Part shown: in pieces, positions 63,975 to 64,000 of the stretch | Position numbering within the stretch: position 1 is the first letter of the stretch | Layout of the letters: the number at the start of each line of letters is the position of its first letter | Source: a virus | IMG/VR virus record: IMGVR_UViG_3300050343_000230 | Coordinates: 13,500-77,499 of that record | Direction: 5' to 3' (one strand) | Length of the DNA stretch: 64,000 nt | The notes under the pieces: generated by a model | What the model saw: only the letters and a program-made list of their open reading frames with translations | Databases searched by the model: none | What the model was told of the DNA's origin: nothing | Program-made: the position numbers and the translations under genes

Positions 63975-64000
63975 TACGAGCTTACAGTAGTTTCTGAAAG

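Overview
This window is about 64 kb of a lytic cyanophage genome, probably infecting Synechococcus or Prochlorococcus. The host inference rests on hli, two NblA-like genes, and a glutamine-II riboswitch with a DUF4278 'YRG' peptide. Gene content recalls S-EIV1-like cyanophages, but that is inference and was not tested. The left part (about 1-33 kb, mostly + strand) holds the virion and lysis genes: portal-like protein, scaffold, major capsid, internal proteins with a transglycosylase, five fibre/spike proteins with autocleaving chaperones, and GH24 and GH19 endolysins. It also holds dcd and an atypical adenine MTase. The right part (about 33-64 kb, mostly - strand) holds Prim-Pol/SF3 primase-helicase, a PD-(D/E)XK exonuclease, three glycosyltransferases and two methyltransferases, Dps, SSB, family A DNA polymerase, ThyX, tRNA-Leu(UAA) and many small early genes. 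No terminase, CRISPR array or reverse transcriptase is visible. Highlights: (1) the early/middle arm (51.3-64 kb) is built from cassettes of the form [structured element] + [G-poor CA-rich leader] + ATG, using three unrelated, covarying repeat families (7 internal-loop hairpins, 3 identical-length 27-nt H-type pseudoknots, 2 tRNA-like three-way junctions that begin in the upstream stop codon); (2) a 626-nt dual-coding overlap of portal and scaffold with clear codon-level avoidance of stops; (3) a glutamine-riboswitch island plus two NblA-like genes; (4) a catalytically degenerate integrase-like/Xis-like pair; (5) a ~35-aa module shared by two unrelated endolysins; (6) an ~180-bp origin-like inverted repeat. 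All protein calls come from motif recognition by eye, not database searches.
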